IMG/VR virus record: IMGVR_UViG_3300050821_004356
Span: 32,001-96,000 of that record
Reading direction: 5' to 3' (one strand)
From: a virus
Length of the DNA: 64,000 bases
The position numbers and the translations under genes are program-made. A model generated the notes under the pieces. That model worked only from the letters and a program-made list of their open reading frames with translations. It was not told the origin of the DNA and did no database searches. Below are positions 9,633 through 20,363 of this stretch, in pieces. Every line of letters starts with the position of its first letter. Positions within the stretch are counted from its first letter, which is position 1.

Positions 9633-10414
9633 CTGGTTTCTACCTCGGGGAGACGGTCAACTTTGTACTCCACAATCGGTTTTTTAAACTGCATCTGCGC
9701 GTCTTGGTGAGAAGCTATGTGAGCCTCTTGCATATACTCCAAAGTCGAGGCCGGATGCCTTATAGCTTTAAAAAACTCAGGACAAATGGTGTCTCGATGT
9801 ACTTTCGGATACCTAGGTAGATTAAGGTCCGATGTATTGCTAGTGTGGCGTCGAACAACCAACATGCGGCCTGGATCAGCTATCGCCAACTGGTCCGCTA
9901 ATCGCGCCCTTCGAGAAAAAACGCTATCTTCTCCGAAAGAAACATCTGGATAAGGGTGTTCCCGCCACCACGTTTTATCGTAGCACTGACTAGACCCAGA
10001 CGCAAAATACGGTGGACCGCCTGCGTTACGATAAAATAAACCAGTAGCCTCGTCGTAAATTATACTAGTATTGTAGCCTGTCACTGCTTTACCGGATTTT
10101 AATAGCCGCTGCACTTGGTCTTGAAGGCGGAACGGGGAGCTCCAATCGTCATCGTCTAGATTCGCGATGATTTCGCCGCGCGCTAGTTCTGCACCTAAGT
10201 TGCGCTTTGCGCCTGTTGGCATTCGTCTATCGAGATAAACCCACCGTATTCGATTATCATCTGGATATACCGAAGGCCGTCCGAAGCTACTATCGTCAAC
10301 AATTATAAGTTCAACGTTTGGGTATGTTTGCTGCATAAAGCAACGGATTGCCGTTGGCACATACTGGGCGCGGTTATATGTCGGCATCACTAAGCTAACT
10401 AGCGGGTGGGACAT
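9629..10414 (-). CDS. GT2 glycosyltransferase
   Basis: VSLVMPTYNR, ELIIVDD, KRNLG, LDDDDW, GED. Confidence 0.9.
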   Translation of the reverse strand: MSHPLVSLVMPTYNRAQYVPTAIRCFMQQTYPNVELIIVDDSSFGRPSVYPDDNRIRWVYLDRRMPTGAKRNLGAELARGEIIANLDDDDWSSPFRLQDQVQRLLKSGKAVTGYNTSIIYDEATGLFYRNAGGPPYFASGSSQCYDKTWWREHPYPDVSFGEDSVFSRRARLADQLAIADPGRMLVVRRHTSNTSDLNLPRYPKVHRDTICPEFFKAIRHPASTLEYMQEAHIASHQDAQMQFKKPIVEYKVDRLPEVETR

Positions 10415-11264
10415 TCGGAGCTCCTGAATGAGTAGTCGAAATCTTGGGCGTCCATGATTCGATAATTGCTTTTGCTACGTTTCCAGTCCTATCAATATAG
10501 CTTAACGCTTTTTGATAGTTTTCTTCAATCACTGCCTGCTTCTGGGCATACAGTTCCGGCGTTAAGCCATGTATTATTTCTACTAACTCTTTCATGCTAT
10601 CGAAGTGTAGTATACCGTCCTTATTGAAAAACTCCCCAATATTAGGACAGCCCCAGTAGATTGGTAGAGTCTTAGTTGCAAAGGCATCGAGCAGCTTTTC
10701 GGAAAAATAGTTGTTATGTTGCGCGTTCTCCATAGTGATAGTGTATTGAAAAGGCACTAATAAGCTGTGCTTGGTCGCGAGATAAGGTGGTGATTTATAC
10801 TTTGTGACTGGCAAAGGCACAGTCCACTTTTTATTTTGATGGCATGGAATCGTTGCGGGTAAATAATTATATACATCTAGTCGATAGTTGTGCCCGTAAC
10901 ATGAATTTTTAGAACTTGTTATAAAAGACACTTCGAATTTCTTTTGCGACGTGTCGGGCTCCTTGGCCCACACGCTCGCCATCGGGAACAACTTGGCATT
11001 CGCGCATCGGCTCAAGACTTCTTGATCCCACGTCAAAATGAGGTCGTAGAATTCGTGATTTCTAATAAGCTTTTCTTGGTTATCAACAATTTCCCTCGGC
11101 TCTGTGCCCCAAAAAACACGGTAAGGCTGTTTATCTTCAAAATTGAAGCAGTCCACAGAAACGCTGACACCCCAATTAAATTCAGGCAGGTTCAATTCAA
11201 AATTACCATATGTGACGGCCTTGTACATTTTTTGTTCCCTCATCCAATCTGCTCGTTCGCTCAT
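10395..11264 (-). CDS. GT10-like alpha-1,3/4-fucosyltransferase
   Basis: ITMENAQHNNYFSEKLLDAF...PIYWG alpha-1,3-FucT motif. Confidence 0.85.
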   Translation of the reverse strand: MSERADWMREQKMYKAVTYGNFELNLPEFNWGVSVSVDCFNFEDKQPYRVFWGTEPREIVDNQEKLIRNHEFYDLILTWDQEVLSRCANAKLFPMASVWAKEPDTSQKKFEVSFITSSKNSCYGHNYRLDVYNYLPATIPCHQNKKWTVPLPVTKYKSPPYLATKHSLLVPFQYTITMENAQHNNYFSEKLLDAFATKTLPIYWGCPNIGEFFNKDGILHFDSMKELVEIIHGLTPELYAQKQAVIEENYQKALSYIDRTGNVAKAIIESWTPKISTTHSGAPNVPPAS

Positions 11265-11926
11265 CTATTTTTCTCGTACATGTTCTGCATCCACTTAGAT
11301 GCTGGGTTATAAGTCTCGAAATTACCAGGCTCGCTGTGGTAATGCCAAGAAATTTCTCTTTGAAATCCAAGAATCTTCCCAGCCGCAATCCCACGTTTAA
11401 TACGCGGCCCTAACGACTGCCCGACATACATATCCTCAGTCCAACGACCGGGATCGGTGGCCACAACTATCTCAGCTGCCTTGCGAGATACAAAATATCC
11501 ATAACCACCGGATGCCCAAGGATAGAAGTTAGGGACCGCTTCTCCATACCAGTCAAGAGTAAAAGTTGTGCCAAGCATGACGTTGCCCGTTTCGAACAGT
11601 CCAAAGTAATCGTAGTTCTCGAAGTGACACTTCATCAAACGTTCGGGGATCAAAAAAGTGTCATTGTCCGCTAAAAATGTATAATCGTATCCTTGTTGTA
11701 TAGACCACCGCAAAATCGCATGAGTCTTATGCTGTAAATGCTCATAATCGTCTCGCGTAGGGATTTGAACTGTACCTTCTACGGCGTTGTTCAGTGCGCG
11801 GTCGTACCCAACGAAGAAAAGCAAATCAGCCCCGACAACGTCCTTACCCCATGTTTCTAAAATAGCTTGGTGCGCGCCTCGATCCGAATCCCAGACACAC
11901 GATTTAATAGCGATTAAAGTTCTCAT
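11261..11926 (-). CDS. GT31/fringe-like glycosyltransferase
   Basis: AILETWG, DDYEHLQHKT, LADNDT, WASGGYGYFVS, EDMYVG. Confidence 0.8.
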   Translation of the reverse strand: MRTLIAIKSCVWDSDRGAHQAILETWGKDVVGADLLFFVGYDRALNNAVEGTVQIPTRDDYEHLQHKTHAILRWSIQQGYDYTFLADNDTFLIPERLMKCHFENYDYFGLFETGNVMLGTTFTLDWYGEAVPNFYPWASGGYGYFVSRKAAEIVVATDPGRWTEDMYVGQSLGPRIKRGIAAGKILGFQREISWHYHSEPGNFETYNPASKWMQNMYEKNR

Positions 11927-12669
11927 TTAAACTTACCATGTTTCTCGTACATCTCGTACTGCCAACCGCAACCGGGAAAATATGATTCGCTGTTGTGAAC
12001 ATCCCGGTAATGAAAGGATGCGTTGTTCCACAAATCATCGAGATTGGTGGCCCATATCTCTCCCGATTCAATCGCAGGACCTAAGGCCTGACCGGTAAAA
12101 GGCCCAATGTCCCAATGGCTAGGCGTTGCGTTCAAAACTATCTCAGCCGCTTTGCGACTTAAGAAATAGCCTACGCCGGGATTTGGATACGGATAGACCC
12201 TCCAATCGGACGTTGGGTTACGCGTTGGGCTGTGCGGCCACATCTGGTACGTGGTTCTTGTGCCAATTGGCGTGTCGAGCGGGAAGAAGCATCCAGAGAT
12301 GTCATACCTGGCGAAGTCTAGCGCCATTAATTTGCTAGGCACCATAAAGGTGTCGTTCTCACATTCGAACGTGAAATCATATCCTTGTTGAAGCGACCAA
12401 CGAAGATTTTCCTTTATATTTTTTTGCCAATAGTCTATGCAGCATCCTTCAACACACTGCCACCAAGGGTGCTCGCATGTCTTCGGCTGCTCCCAATCGA
12501 TTAGCACCTCGTCAGGTTTCGGTTGATAATCGGGCGAACGACGGCCGACAAAGAATCGCAAGTCGGCACCAGCTGCCGCGACGTCTTTGCCCCAGGTGCT
12601 CCGAATAGCGTCATGATTACCGTTTTCGGCGTCTCCTTGACAACTACAGACTGCTATAAGAACTTTCAT
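11923..12669 (-). CDS. GT31-like glycosyltransferase (divergent)
   Basis: AIRSTWG, CENDT, GVGYFLSRKAA; paralog of neighbours. Confidence 0.7.
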   Translation of the reverse strand: MKVLIAVCSCQGDAENGNHDAIRSTWGKDVAAAGADLRFFVGRRSPDYQPKPDEVLIDWEQPKTCEHPWWQCVEGCCIDYWQKNIKENLRWSLQQGYDFTFECENDTFMVPSKLMALDFARYDISGCFFPLDTPIGTRTTYQMWPHSPTRNPTSDWRVYPYPNPGVGYFLSRKAAEIVLNATPSHWDIGPFTGQALGPAIESGEIWATNLDDLWNNASFHYRDVHNSESYFPGCGWQYEMYEKHGKFK

Positions 12670-13862
12670 CTAGACGACCACAATAAATATCTGTCAATAA
12701 CACTAGCGACATATCTAATATCGTCTGCATCGAGTCCTTGGTGAATCCCTATCATAAAGCCATCGCGGGCCAAACGTTGGGAAATCGGATACTGTTCAAT
12801 TAGTCCTGGGAAAAGTTTCCTATACGCAGGACTTTCCAACAACGGAAACATATAACGGGTCTCCACGCCGCTTTTTTCTAAAAACATAAGCAACTTTTCT
12901 CTATCTACACCTGGCTTACAAGTCATTGGAAACATCATGTAAGCGTGCGTAAAGCCCTCGGGAGTATATGGAAGCCGTAGGTATTGCTGCTGGGGCGATA
13001 GCAAACTTATCAACAAATTAGCGTTGAGTTGTCGTCTCATTTCATTTTGTTCGAACCGCTCTAGTTCTGACAGGGCTATAGCCGCTTCAAGTTCTGTGGC
13101 TCTGTAGGAGTAACCTATTCGATCAAACTTGAATCTGCGCTCGATGATATTTTGAAGTGCGGAGCCCGACAAGCCGTCATCGGCGTCGATGTTTGTATAG
13201 ACAGAATCCCGGCCGTGAGCCATCAGTGACCGACACAACTCAGCTATCTTATCGTCGTTGGTCGTAACCAGGCCACCAACCCCTCCGACTACGTGGTGAT
13301 TGACGTACGTACTGAAACACGCCGCGTCCCCGAAGCTGCCTACTAATCGACCTCTGATGCTAGAACCTACAGCTTCACAAGAGTCCTCGATAACCTGAAG
13401 CTTGTGGTTTTTAGCGATCTCCATAATATAATCCATATCAGCTGGTAAACCGAACAGGTGTACCGGGATGATGCAACGCGTTCGCGACGTCAGCTTCGCG
13501 TATATCGCGGATGGCCTCATGTTATACGTGATTGGGTCCACGTCGACGAAGACGGGCACTAGGTTATTCTGGATGACGATGTTACTTGTGGCGATGAACG
13601 TTGTTGCCGGTACAAGCACCTCGTCGCCGTCTTGGTATCCATGTGTTTCCTTCAGCGCAGCCAAGGCGACTTGAAGCGCCGAGGTTCCGCTATTCATGAA
13701 GATGCCATGCTTGCAGCCGTGCATCAACGAGAACTGGCTTTCGAATTTTTGCGTGAAGAAGCCGTATGACAACCGATTGTTGTCCAATGCGGCGTTTACA
13801 TATTCTTTACCTTTGTCGCTAATGTTTAAAGTACCTAATGTTATCTTACGCTGTTGTACCAT
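12666..13862 (-). CDS. DegT/DnrJ PLP family enzyme, ColD/RfbH-type (His in place of the catalytic Lys); putative GDP-4-keto-6-deoxymannose 3-dehydratase
   Basis: NSGTSAL, GDEVLVP, PVHLFG, IEDSCEA, FSTYVNHH (His where aminotransferases have Lys). Confidence 0.8.
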   Translation of the reverse strand: MVQQRKITLGTLNISDKGKEYVNAALDNNRLSYGFFTQKFESQFSLMHGCKHGIFMNSGTSALQVALAALKETHGYQDGDEVLVPATTFIATSNIVIQNNLVPVFVDVDPITYNMRPSAIYAKLTSRTRCIIPVHLFGLPADMDYIMEIAKNHKLQVIEDSCEAVGSSIRGRLVGSFGDAACFSTYVNHHVVGGVGGLVTTNDDKIAELCRSLMAHGRDSVYTNIDADDGLSGSALQNIIERRFKFDRIGYSYRATELEAAIALSELERFEQNEMRRQLNANLLISLLSPQQQYLRLPYTPEGFTHAYMMFPMTCKPGVDREKLLMFLEKSGVETRYMFPLLESPAYRKLFPGLIEQYPISQRLARDGFMIGIHQGLDADDIRYVASVIDRYLLWSSR

Positions 13863-14758
13863 TCTATTGTCCTTGACAGCCCTGCTTCCAGCAAGGTGTT
13901 TGCTTCAAATCCAAATTCTTTAGCTCGACTAATATCGAGAACACGGCGAGGCTGGCCATCTGGCTTGGATGTATCCCAAAATATACCGCCTCTAAATCCT
14001 GAGAGCACCGTTATTTTCTGCGCTGTATCAAATATGCTGACTTCTCGACCTGAGCCCAAGTTAACAGGTTCCGCTTTATTGTACCGCTCCATTGCTAGTA
14101 TGATAGCATCGGCCGCGTCCTCGACGTATAGAAAATCACGAGTAGCTTTCCCGGTTCCCCACAATACGATATGCTCTTTGCCAGCGTTTACTGCGGTTGC
14201 TATTTTACCAATCATCGCAGGGATAAAGTGGGAGTCTTCTCCGAAATTGTCGCCTGGGCCGTACAGGTTCGTCGGTAACAAGTGAATGATATTCATGCCG
14301 TACTGCTGGCGGTAAGCCTGACCCATCGTAAGCAAGGCTCTCTTGGCTACGCCATATGCGGCGTTAGAGCCTTCTGGATATCCGTTCCACACATCTGACT
14401 CTACCAACGGGACCGCTGCGTCTCGGGGATACTCACAGGCACTGCCTATTTGGACAAACTTCCGAATCCCATAGGCTCGCGCACCCTCGATCAAATTCAT
14501 ACCTATCATCAAATTATCATGAAAGAACTTTCCTGGTAGTGCGATATTAGCACCGATGCCGCCAACTGCGGCCGCTAAGTTGATAACAATCTCAGGTTCC
14601 ATCCTTCGATACATTTGATCCGCTTCGTGAAAATATCTAAGGTCGTGGGTTTTTAGTTTCGGAACAAGAATATCGTAACCACCGTGTTCCCATAAACGTT
14701 GAACGACGTGCTTACCGAGAAAACCGTCGCCACCGGTGACCACAACTCTAGTGCTCAT
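13841..14758 (-). CDS. fcl: GDP-L-fucose synthase / ColC-like epimerase-reductase
   Basis: TGGDGFLG, AAAVGGIGAN, GSACEYP, YGVAK, PTNLYGPGDNF, SHFIPA, KPDGQPRR. Confidence 0.9.
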   Translation of the reverse strand: MSTRVVVTGGDGFLGKHVVQRLWEHGGYDILVPKLKTHDLRYFHEADQMYRRMEPEIVINLAAAVGGIGANIALPGKFFHDNLMIGMNLIEGARAYGIRKFVQIGSACEYPRDAAVPLVESDVWNGYPEGSNAAYGVAKRALLTMGQAYRQQYGMNIIHLLPTNLYGPGDNFGEDSHFIPAMIGKIATAVNAGKEHIVLWGTGKATRDFLYVEDAADAIILAMERYNKAEPVNLGSGREVSIFDTAQKITVLSGFRGGIFWDTSKPDGQPRRVLDISRAKEFGFEANTLLEAGLSRTIEWYNSVR

Positions 14759-15462
14759 AATCCACCCTCGTAGACGGAATGAAGTGAAATCATTTGTTGA
14801 GTATCATAAACGGCGGGACAGTTAGCAATATGCGATGTAATCACCCGGTTGCTTTTGCGAGGTGGGTCATCCCTGTCCAAATTTGTATACCGCTCATCGT
14901 GGCTAAGTTTGATTCCGTTTGCCTCCATCACATCACCTGTCCATTCATCGTAATTCCATTTGGTAACTGGCGCGTTGATTAAGAATTGCATCGCGCGCTT
15001 GCTTAACCAGAAACCGGGGCCACCACCCAAAGCTGTACGCTCGTCATTTGCGGTACCGAGATAATCGAACTTTTCGAATCCACTTTCCAATAGTCTTTCT
15101 GGTACAACGTATGTATCGGTAAGGCATTGGAAAATGTAATCGTATCCGTTTTCTAAAGCCCAGCGACAAGCTTCTCTAAGCTTAAAGCTTGCGTGCGAGT
15201 AACTATCCGGGATACGCAAAGCGACTTCATCCTCTCGAAGAACGTAAGTCCGAATGTCTGTGTCTTCGTATAGTCTTTTGTAATACAGCCAATCACTATT
15301 GTGCCAAGACTCTATCGCGTAGTTGTCTCCTATAACCGGCGTGCCGTCCCCCATAAAGAACTTATAGTTCTCAACATTTTTCAACCATGTATCGCGCATC
15401 ACTTGATTCTGACCGCCTACGGCGTGCTTGACACAGCTTAGAATAGCGATCAAGAATTGCAT
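14755..15462 (-). CDS. GT31-like glycosyltransferase (divergent)
   Basis: [29 protein letters not shown]. Confidence 0.7.
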   Translation of the reverse strand: MQFLIAILSCVKHAVGGQNQVMRDTWLKNVENYKFFMGDGTPVIGDNYAIESWHNSDWLYYKRLYEDTDIRTYVLREDEVALRIPDSYSHASFKLREACRWALENGYDYIFQCLTDTYVVPERLLESGFEKFDYLGTANDERTALGGGPGFWLSKRAMQFLINAPVTKWNYDEWTGDVMEANGIKLSHDERYTNLDRDDPPRKSNRVITSHIANCPAVYDTQQMISLHSVYEGGL

Positions 15463-16412
15463 TGTAGTTCTGCGTCCATCATCATCTTTACTAATTCACG
15501 AAATTTGAATTTTGGTTCCCACCTGAGAATACGTTTTGCTTTCGATGGATCGCCGAGCAAGAGATCGACCTCTGTTGGACGATAGTATTTCGGGTCTATC
15601 GCGACATATGGACGCCAGTTCATACCAAGATAACCGAAAGCTTCATCGAGAAAATCTCGCACCGAATGCGTCTCACCGGTGGCGATAACGAAGTCATCCG
15701 GAGTCTGTTGCTGCATCATCAAATACATCGCTTCGACGTAGTCCCCGGCGAACCCCCAGTCACGTTTGGCATCCAAATTACCGAGAACAAGTTCGTTTTG
15801 AAGACAGCGCGATATGCGGACAGCTGCTTTAGCAATTTTTCGGGTCACGAATGTCTCGCCACGTCTCGGGCTTTCATGATTAAAGAGAATTCCATTGCAA
15901 GCAAAGGTACCGTATGCCTCGCGGTGATTTATTACTGTCCAATAAGCGAACTGTTTAGCGATGGCGTATGGGCTACGAGGATGAAACGGGACGGTCTCAT
16001 CAACAGCTGCCCCATAAATCCCACCGTATAATTCACTAGAGCTTGCTTGATAAAACTTAATGCCCTTCCCTTTAATAGCCTCTAGGATATTAAGAGTTCC
16101 TATAGCAGTGGATTCGGCCGTGTAAACCGGGATGTCGAACGAAACTCTAACATGCGATTGAGCGGCCAAGTGGTAGATTTCATCCGGCTTTACTGTGTTG
16201 ATGATATTCGTTGTCGAACTGCCATCAGTAACATCCCCATAATGCAAGTATAGGCGGTCGAATATGTGATCGATGCGCTCGGTATTAATGCTGCTCGACC
16301 GGCGGATGATACCATGCACATCGTAGCCTTTTGACAGTAATAGCTCGGCGAGGTACGATCCATCCTGACCTGTAATGCCAGTGATAAGAGCTCTCTTCAT
16401 AAGCGCACCCAC
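15450..16412 (-). CDS. gmd: GDP-mannose 4,6-dehydratase
   Basis: [56 protein letters not shown]. Confidence 0.97.
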   Translation of the reverse strand: MGALMKRALITGITGQDGSYLAELLLSKGYDVHGIIRRSSSINTERIDHIFDRLYLHYGDVTDGSSTTNIINTVKPDEIYHLAAQSHVRVSFDIPVYTAESTAIGTLNILEAIKGKGIKFYQASSSELYGGIYGAAVDETVPFHPRSPYAIAKQFAYWTVINHREAYGTFACNGILFNHESPRRGETFVTRKIAKAAVRISRCLQNELVLGNLDAKRDWGFAGDYVEAMYLMMQQQTPDDFVIATGETHSVRDFLDEAFGYLGMNWRPYVAIDPKYYRPTEVDLLLGDPSKAKRILRWEPKFKFRELVKMMMDAELQCNS

Positions 16413-17191
16413 CTATCGGGTATCAAATCCTTGGTGTCTGTTCCATTAACAAACCACTTCCTGGGGAATACGCAAACACGACCTGGGTAGGCTCCCGCCC
16501 AGTCATCACCTAACCACGCTCCCCACCAACTGAACGATGAATTTGCCCCGATGCCGTGACGGCAGCAAGACATCAGATACAAATCATCGTGCATTGACGA
16601 TCCTCGAAAACTAGCTATTTCTAAATCCGGAAAGAGGAGCTTACAGTAGTCAGGGTCGTCGCTGAATACATAAAATTTAGGATTTTGAACTTTCTCTCGA
16701 ACGTATTCAATCGCTCGTTGATAGTAATTCGTGTCCTCCAAATTGCCGTGAACCGCGCTTGTACTCGGGTTAGTGTAGTCCCCGCGCCTTACGTGGATAA
16801 AGACGCTTTCTTTTTCGGAGAGTGCGTTGCCGGTGCCAACTGTCAACGGACTAGGATCGGTTTTCAATGTCAGTTCTGTACGTATAAAATACGAATAGTC
16901 CTGGAAGTACTTTTCGCTTTGCCAATAGCCACAAAGATACGCGTTAGACGGTTGACCTAATGCTTTGCCATCAAAATTAAACGATGCTTCGGTGTATAGA
17001 CTAGTTGCACTAATCGGGTTGACAAGCGGGTTGACAAGCTCTTCGTTGACGTTGTATTTATCTAAGGCATAATCCCGGGTTGACCTCGCCCAATGAAACT
17101 GAACAGGCTCATTACGACGAAAAGACAACGCGCGGCCGAATGCGTACATGAACATCTGATTTCCTAAGCCGCCTGTCAATCGAACGATCAT
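16397..17191 (-). CDS. GT11 alpha-1,2-fucosyl/colitosyltransferase
   Basis: [39 protein letters not shown]. Confidence 0.93.
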   Translation of the reverse strand: MIVRLTGGLGNQMFMYAFGRALSFRRNEPVQFHWARSTRDYALDKYNVNEELVNPLVNPISATSLYTEASFNFDGKALGQPSNAYLCGYWQSEKYFQDYSYFIRTELTLKTDPSPLTVGTGNALSEKESVFIHVRRGDYTNPSTSAVHGNLEDTNYYQRAIEYVREKVQNPKFYVFSDDPDYCKLLFPDLEIASFRGSSMHDDLYLMSCCRHGIGANSSFSWWGAWLGDDWAGAYPGRVCVFPRKWFVNGTDTKDLIPDRWVRL

Positions 17192-17901
17192 GCTACCAGT
17201 ATCCCCTTCTTGAAAAGATTGTCAAAATCGCCACCGACCTCTGCGGTCATCTTCATATATTCCGGTTTGTACGGCATACTGACCTTTGGATAGTGTGATG
17301 TGCCTAAAACACCAGGTGTAAAATTTGTAGCCTTGAGCATGTGACTATCGATCATCGGTGCAAGCGTTTGACCCGTCTGAAGGTCTTCGGCCCAAAAAGT
17401 TGGCGGTGTAGAACCAACAACGTCGGCTGCCCTCCGACTTAAGAAATAGCCCCAACCGCCTGATGCCCAAGCCCTGCACTCTGGGTAGCTACCGTACGCG
17501 TCGGTATACGAAAACGGCGCGCCGCCAGGTAGTTGATTGTTTTTAAACCAACCTGCGTAGTCGTACCACTTAAAATCAGACATCAAAAATGCCCTCGCGT
17601 TGATATACGTATCTGTGTCGCAAAGGAAAACTCGCTCGAACGTCTTGCCCATAACCCATTGACATATGCGCCTGGTCTTGATGGGCAGCGATTCGTAGTC
17701 ATCCCGACAGTCGACGACCACTTCGTTTGAAACGTACCGACGGCAACGGCGGGTATCTTGCTGTGTCGGGTCAGTACCAACGAAGAAATAGGTCTCTACA
17801 CCGAGCGCCTTAAGGTCGCGAGCCCAAGTGGACCTAATTGCGTCGTGGTAGCCCCTGTCGAGGTCCTTGTGGCAGGATTTTACGCAGACGGCTAAGTTCA
17901 T
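17188..17901 (-). CDS. GT31/fringe-like glycosyltransferase
   Basis: AIRSTWA, DDYESLPIKT, CDTDT, WASGGWGYFLS, WAEDL. Confidence 0.8.
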   Translation of the reverse strand: MNLAVCVKSCHKDLDRGYHDAIRSTWARDLKALGVETYFFVGTDPTQQDTRRCRRYVSNEVVVDCRDDYESLPIKTRRICQWVMGKTFERVFLCDTDTYINARAFLMSDFKWYDYAGWFKNNQLPGGAPFSYTDAYGSYPECRAWASGGWGYFLSRRAADVVGSTPPTFWAEDLQTGQTLAPMIDSHMLKATNFTPGVLGTSHYPKVSMPYKPEYMKMTAEVGGDFDNLFKKGILVA

Positions 17902-18941
17902 CCTTGTCTCGATCTTGTGACGGCATCCATCGGCAATATGCTAGTTGCATCATAGATTGTTTTTCTAAACGCGTCGTTTGCTGCTTTTTCTACTTGCTTC
18001 TGACTTTCAAATAGAATGTCGTTTGCCAATTTCTGCATGTATGACGGACGACCTATAATCTGATCGACCAAGTCTCTACCTTCCTGCAAAGGTAATTGAA
18101 AACCGGCCGCATGAAGATGTCCACCCCCGTTCCTACGTTTAGCAATCGCTGAAACATCGATATCGCCAACCGAGCGCAACGAAAATTGAATCACGCCGTC
18201 ACCACGTTCGAACCAAGTGATCCCGACCTGCGATTCGTTCGCTAGTTCGTGTCCGATTTCAGAACAACTAATGTACTGAGCGTTTGCGATGCCTGCGGTC
18301 AGGCCGTCGATTGTGCCAGGCTGTCGATTCTTGACGACGTTGCCAACATAGTATTCGATTTGACGAAGAGCACCGGAGCCATACGTTACTGCCTCTTCGA
18401 TATTAATATTTGCTAGTGCGTCCCACGCTTCTACGGTATAGGGCTGGGTCATCAAATAGGCCGCAACCTCTTTTGCATTTGGTAGTGCGTTGCGCCATAA
18501 GTCGCGATCTTCGACGTAGTTCACCCACCACGGACGCTGGTGAGATGTGTTGGTCCAGCGGACACCATTCAATTCATAAGGCTCTGCTTGATTGCGGTCT
18601 TTGCCGAATAGGTAGTCCCACGCCAACCCTGCGCCTGATCTATTCATGTCGAACGTGGCGTAAGACACACCAGCCAGGTTTGCTTGAGCGGTCAGGTGAT
18701 GATCCAAAATTCTAAAAGACTTTGCGACAGACGCGAGATTATCATTCTCTAACCTCGTCCTGAAACTAAAGTCTGTCATCAATACGTCTTTGCCTCGAAG
18801 AGACTGAATCAAGGTGTCAATATATTCGGCCGATTTGCCGTGGTCGAGGAAAATCATCTCGGCCTCGGGGTACTTCTTTTTGGCGATGTAGGCGGCCGCG
18901 AAACCGTCGGGACAGCTTGCATGAGAAAGTATAACGTCCAT
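17898..18941 (-). CDS. DHH/DHHA1 phosphoesterase (NrnB/RecJ-like)
   Basis: CPDG, TDFS, LDHH, FSLRS, GGGHLHAAGF. Confidence 0.9.
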   Translation of the reverse strand: MDVILSHASCPDGFAAAYIAKKKYPEAEMIFLDHGKSAEYIDTLIQSLRGKDVLMTDFSFRTRLENDNLASVAKSFRILDHHLTAQANLAGVSYATFDMNRSGAGLAWDYLFGKDRNQAEPYELNGVRWTNTSHQRPWWVNYVEDRDLWRNALPNAKEVAAYLMTQPYTVEAWDALANINIEEAVTYGSGALRQIEYYVGNVVKNRQPGTIDGLTAGIANAQYISCSEIGHELANESQVGITWFERGDGVIQFSLRSVGDIDVSAIAKRRNGGGHLHAAGFQLPLQEGRDLVDQIIGRPSYMQKLANDILFESQKQVEKAANDAFRKTIYDATSILPMDAVTRSRQG

Positions 18942-19231
18942 TATTTTATAGCCTCCACATTTTCAATGCGCCTTATTCTCATTGTAGAATCTGGCGGCAA
19001 CACAACTCTAAACTTGATAAAACTAGAATCAGGGCAGTCGCAAACGTCTACCACCAAAATCTGTACACCGTCACAGCAAGGGCAGTTCGCAATCAGGGAT
19101 CGACTATTCCTAGGACCATCTTCGCGCATGCCGCCGCAAATGCAATCCCTCCAATCTTTAGTCGGCTGCGTATAGTTCTCAGGCTTAGCAAATAGATGTG
19201 TATGCTTTCCGATTAAATCTTCGTGTCCCAT
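18941..19231 (-). CDS. Cys-rich hypothetical protein
   Basis: coupled ORF. Confidence 0.5.
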   Translation of the reverse strand: MGHEDLIGKHTHLFAKPENYTQPTKDWRDCICGGMREDGPRNSRSLIANCPCCDGVQILVVDVCDCPDSSFIKFRVVLPPDSTMRIRRIENVEAIK

Positions 19232-19405
19232 TGTTTACCCCTTAAGGTTCAAAATAAAATTTTTATCGAAAAACAGTGCCGGAACGCTTCCGAGTTCGGA
19301 ATGATTAATAGGTTCCGGTTTATAGGGACAAAACCAATCGTGCAATTTTATCAAGCTTAGTCCAATCAGCTTACCCAAACCTATCGCAGCTGTAACAGAG
19401 AGCAT

Positions 19406-19816
19406 TTAGAATTTCTTCCCGTTCTTTTTCTTTCGCTCTTTATCAGAGTGATCGGCGCGAGTAGCATTGTACGCCATTTTCTCAACGTACGCGCCACCCA
19501 GGTCGTAGCCGTGACCAGTCGCGTAATCTAGAATACGGATGAACGCGTCTGCTAATTCTACTTCTGCCATCTTTCTATGTGGCAATTTGTCATCCATCAA
19601 ATCCTTGCGCTCGCCTTCCATCGCTTCAGCGATCTCACTGACGATGAGCATCAATTGTTCGCCACGGTTGCGCTTAATACGTTTGCCTGTTTTAAGACTA
19701 ATCCACCACTTCCGATTGGCTGTATGTACCTCTGACCCTATCTTATTAATAAAATAGTGTGCGTTACCTTTGAATATTGCATCTAGGCATGTATCGTGAT
19801 GTAGCTCTTTAGGCAT
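19406..19816 (-). CDS. MazG-like all-alpha NTP pyrophosphohydrolase
   Basis: LIVSEIAEAMEGERK...EVELADAFIRILD...KMAYN. Confidence 0.85.
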   Translation of the reverse strand: MPKELHHDTCLDAIFKGNAHYFINKIGSEVHTANRKWWISLKTGKRIKRNRGEQLMLIVSEIAEAMEGERKDLMDDKLPHRKMAEVELADAFIRILDYATGHGYDLGGAYVEKMAYNATRADHSDKERKKKNGKKF

Positions 19817-20363
19817 TTTTTACCTCTTCCGTATCACCTACGGCCTTTGTCTTAGGCAACGGAAAGCCTTTTCTTTTTGAGCATTTATCCGCAAAAGTTT
19901 TATTCAAACCCAAAATTTCGGCTGCCAATTCGCGCGCGTCTTTCAAGTCTTCCTGCGTGTACTCGTCCGGGATCAGTTTACGAACCAACTCGATGAATTG
20001 CAGCTTACGCTTGCTCGGGTGCGGATTCTTACGTTTCTTAGCGAAGTAGGCAGCGCCAACGATTGACTTCGGTGTACCATTTTGCCCAGGCAGCGGAACT
20101 ATCGCGTATTGAATAGAAAATTCACCGGTCTCAACGTCTTCGTCGATCCATAGCTGCTTGAATTTCTGTTCGCACTTTTGGCTAGAGCGGTGACGGGAGC
20201 GGCACACTTGGCACTTAATCATTTTTCCGAGCTCAGGGTGTCGTTCGCTATAGCTACGAAGTCGTATAGCAGCGAGCGCGGCATCAGCTGCCAGGATAGC
20301 TTCGACACTAGCTTTAAAATCGAATTCTTCGACGACGTCTTGAACTTCAGGATTTTCGTTCAC
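19809..20363 (-). CDS. hypothetical protein
   Basis: 184 aa, CQVC motif. Confidence 0.55.
   Translation of the reverse strand: MNENPEVQDVVEEFDFKASVEAILAADAALAAIRLRSYSERHPELGKMIKCQVCRSRHRSSQKCEQKFKQLWIDEDVETGEFSIQYAIVPLPGQNGTPKSIVGAAYFAKKRKNPHPSKRKLQFIELVRKLIPDEYTQEDLKDARELAAEILGLNKTFADKCSKRKGFPLPKTKAVGDTEEVKNA

Noticed and set aside
17015-17038. 12-bp tandem repeat containing TTGACA in the GT11 gene
   Set aside because: It is an in-frame LVNP duplication with no convincing -10, so it was not called a promoter.
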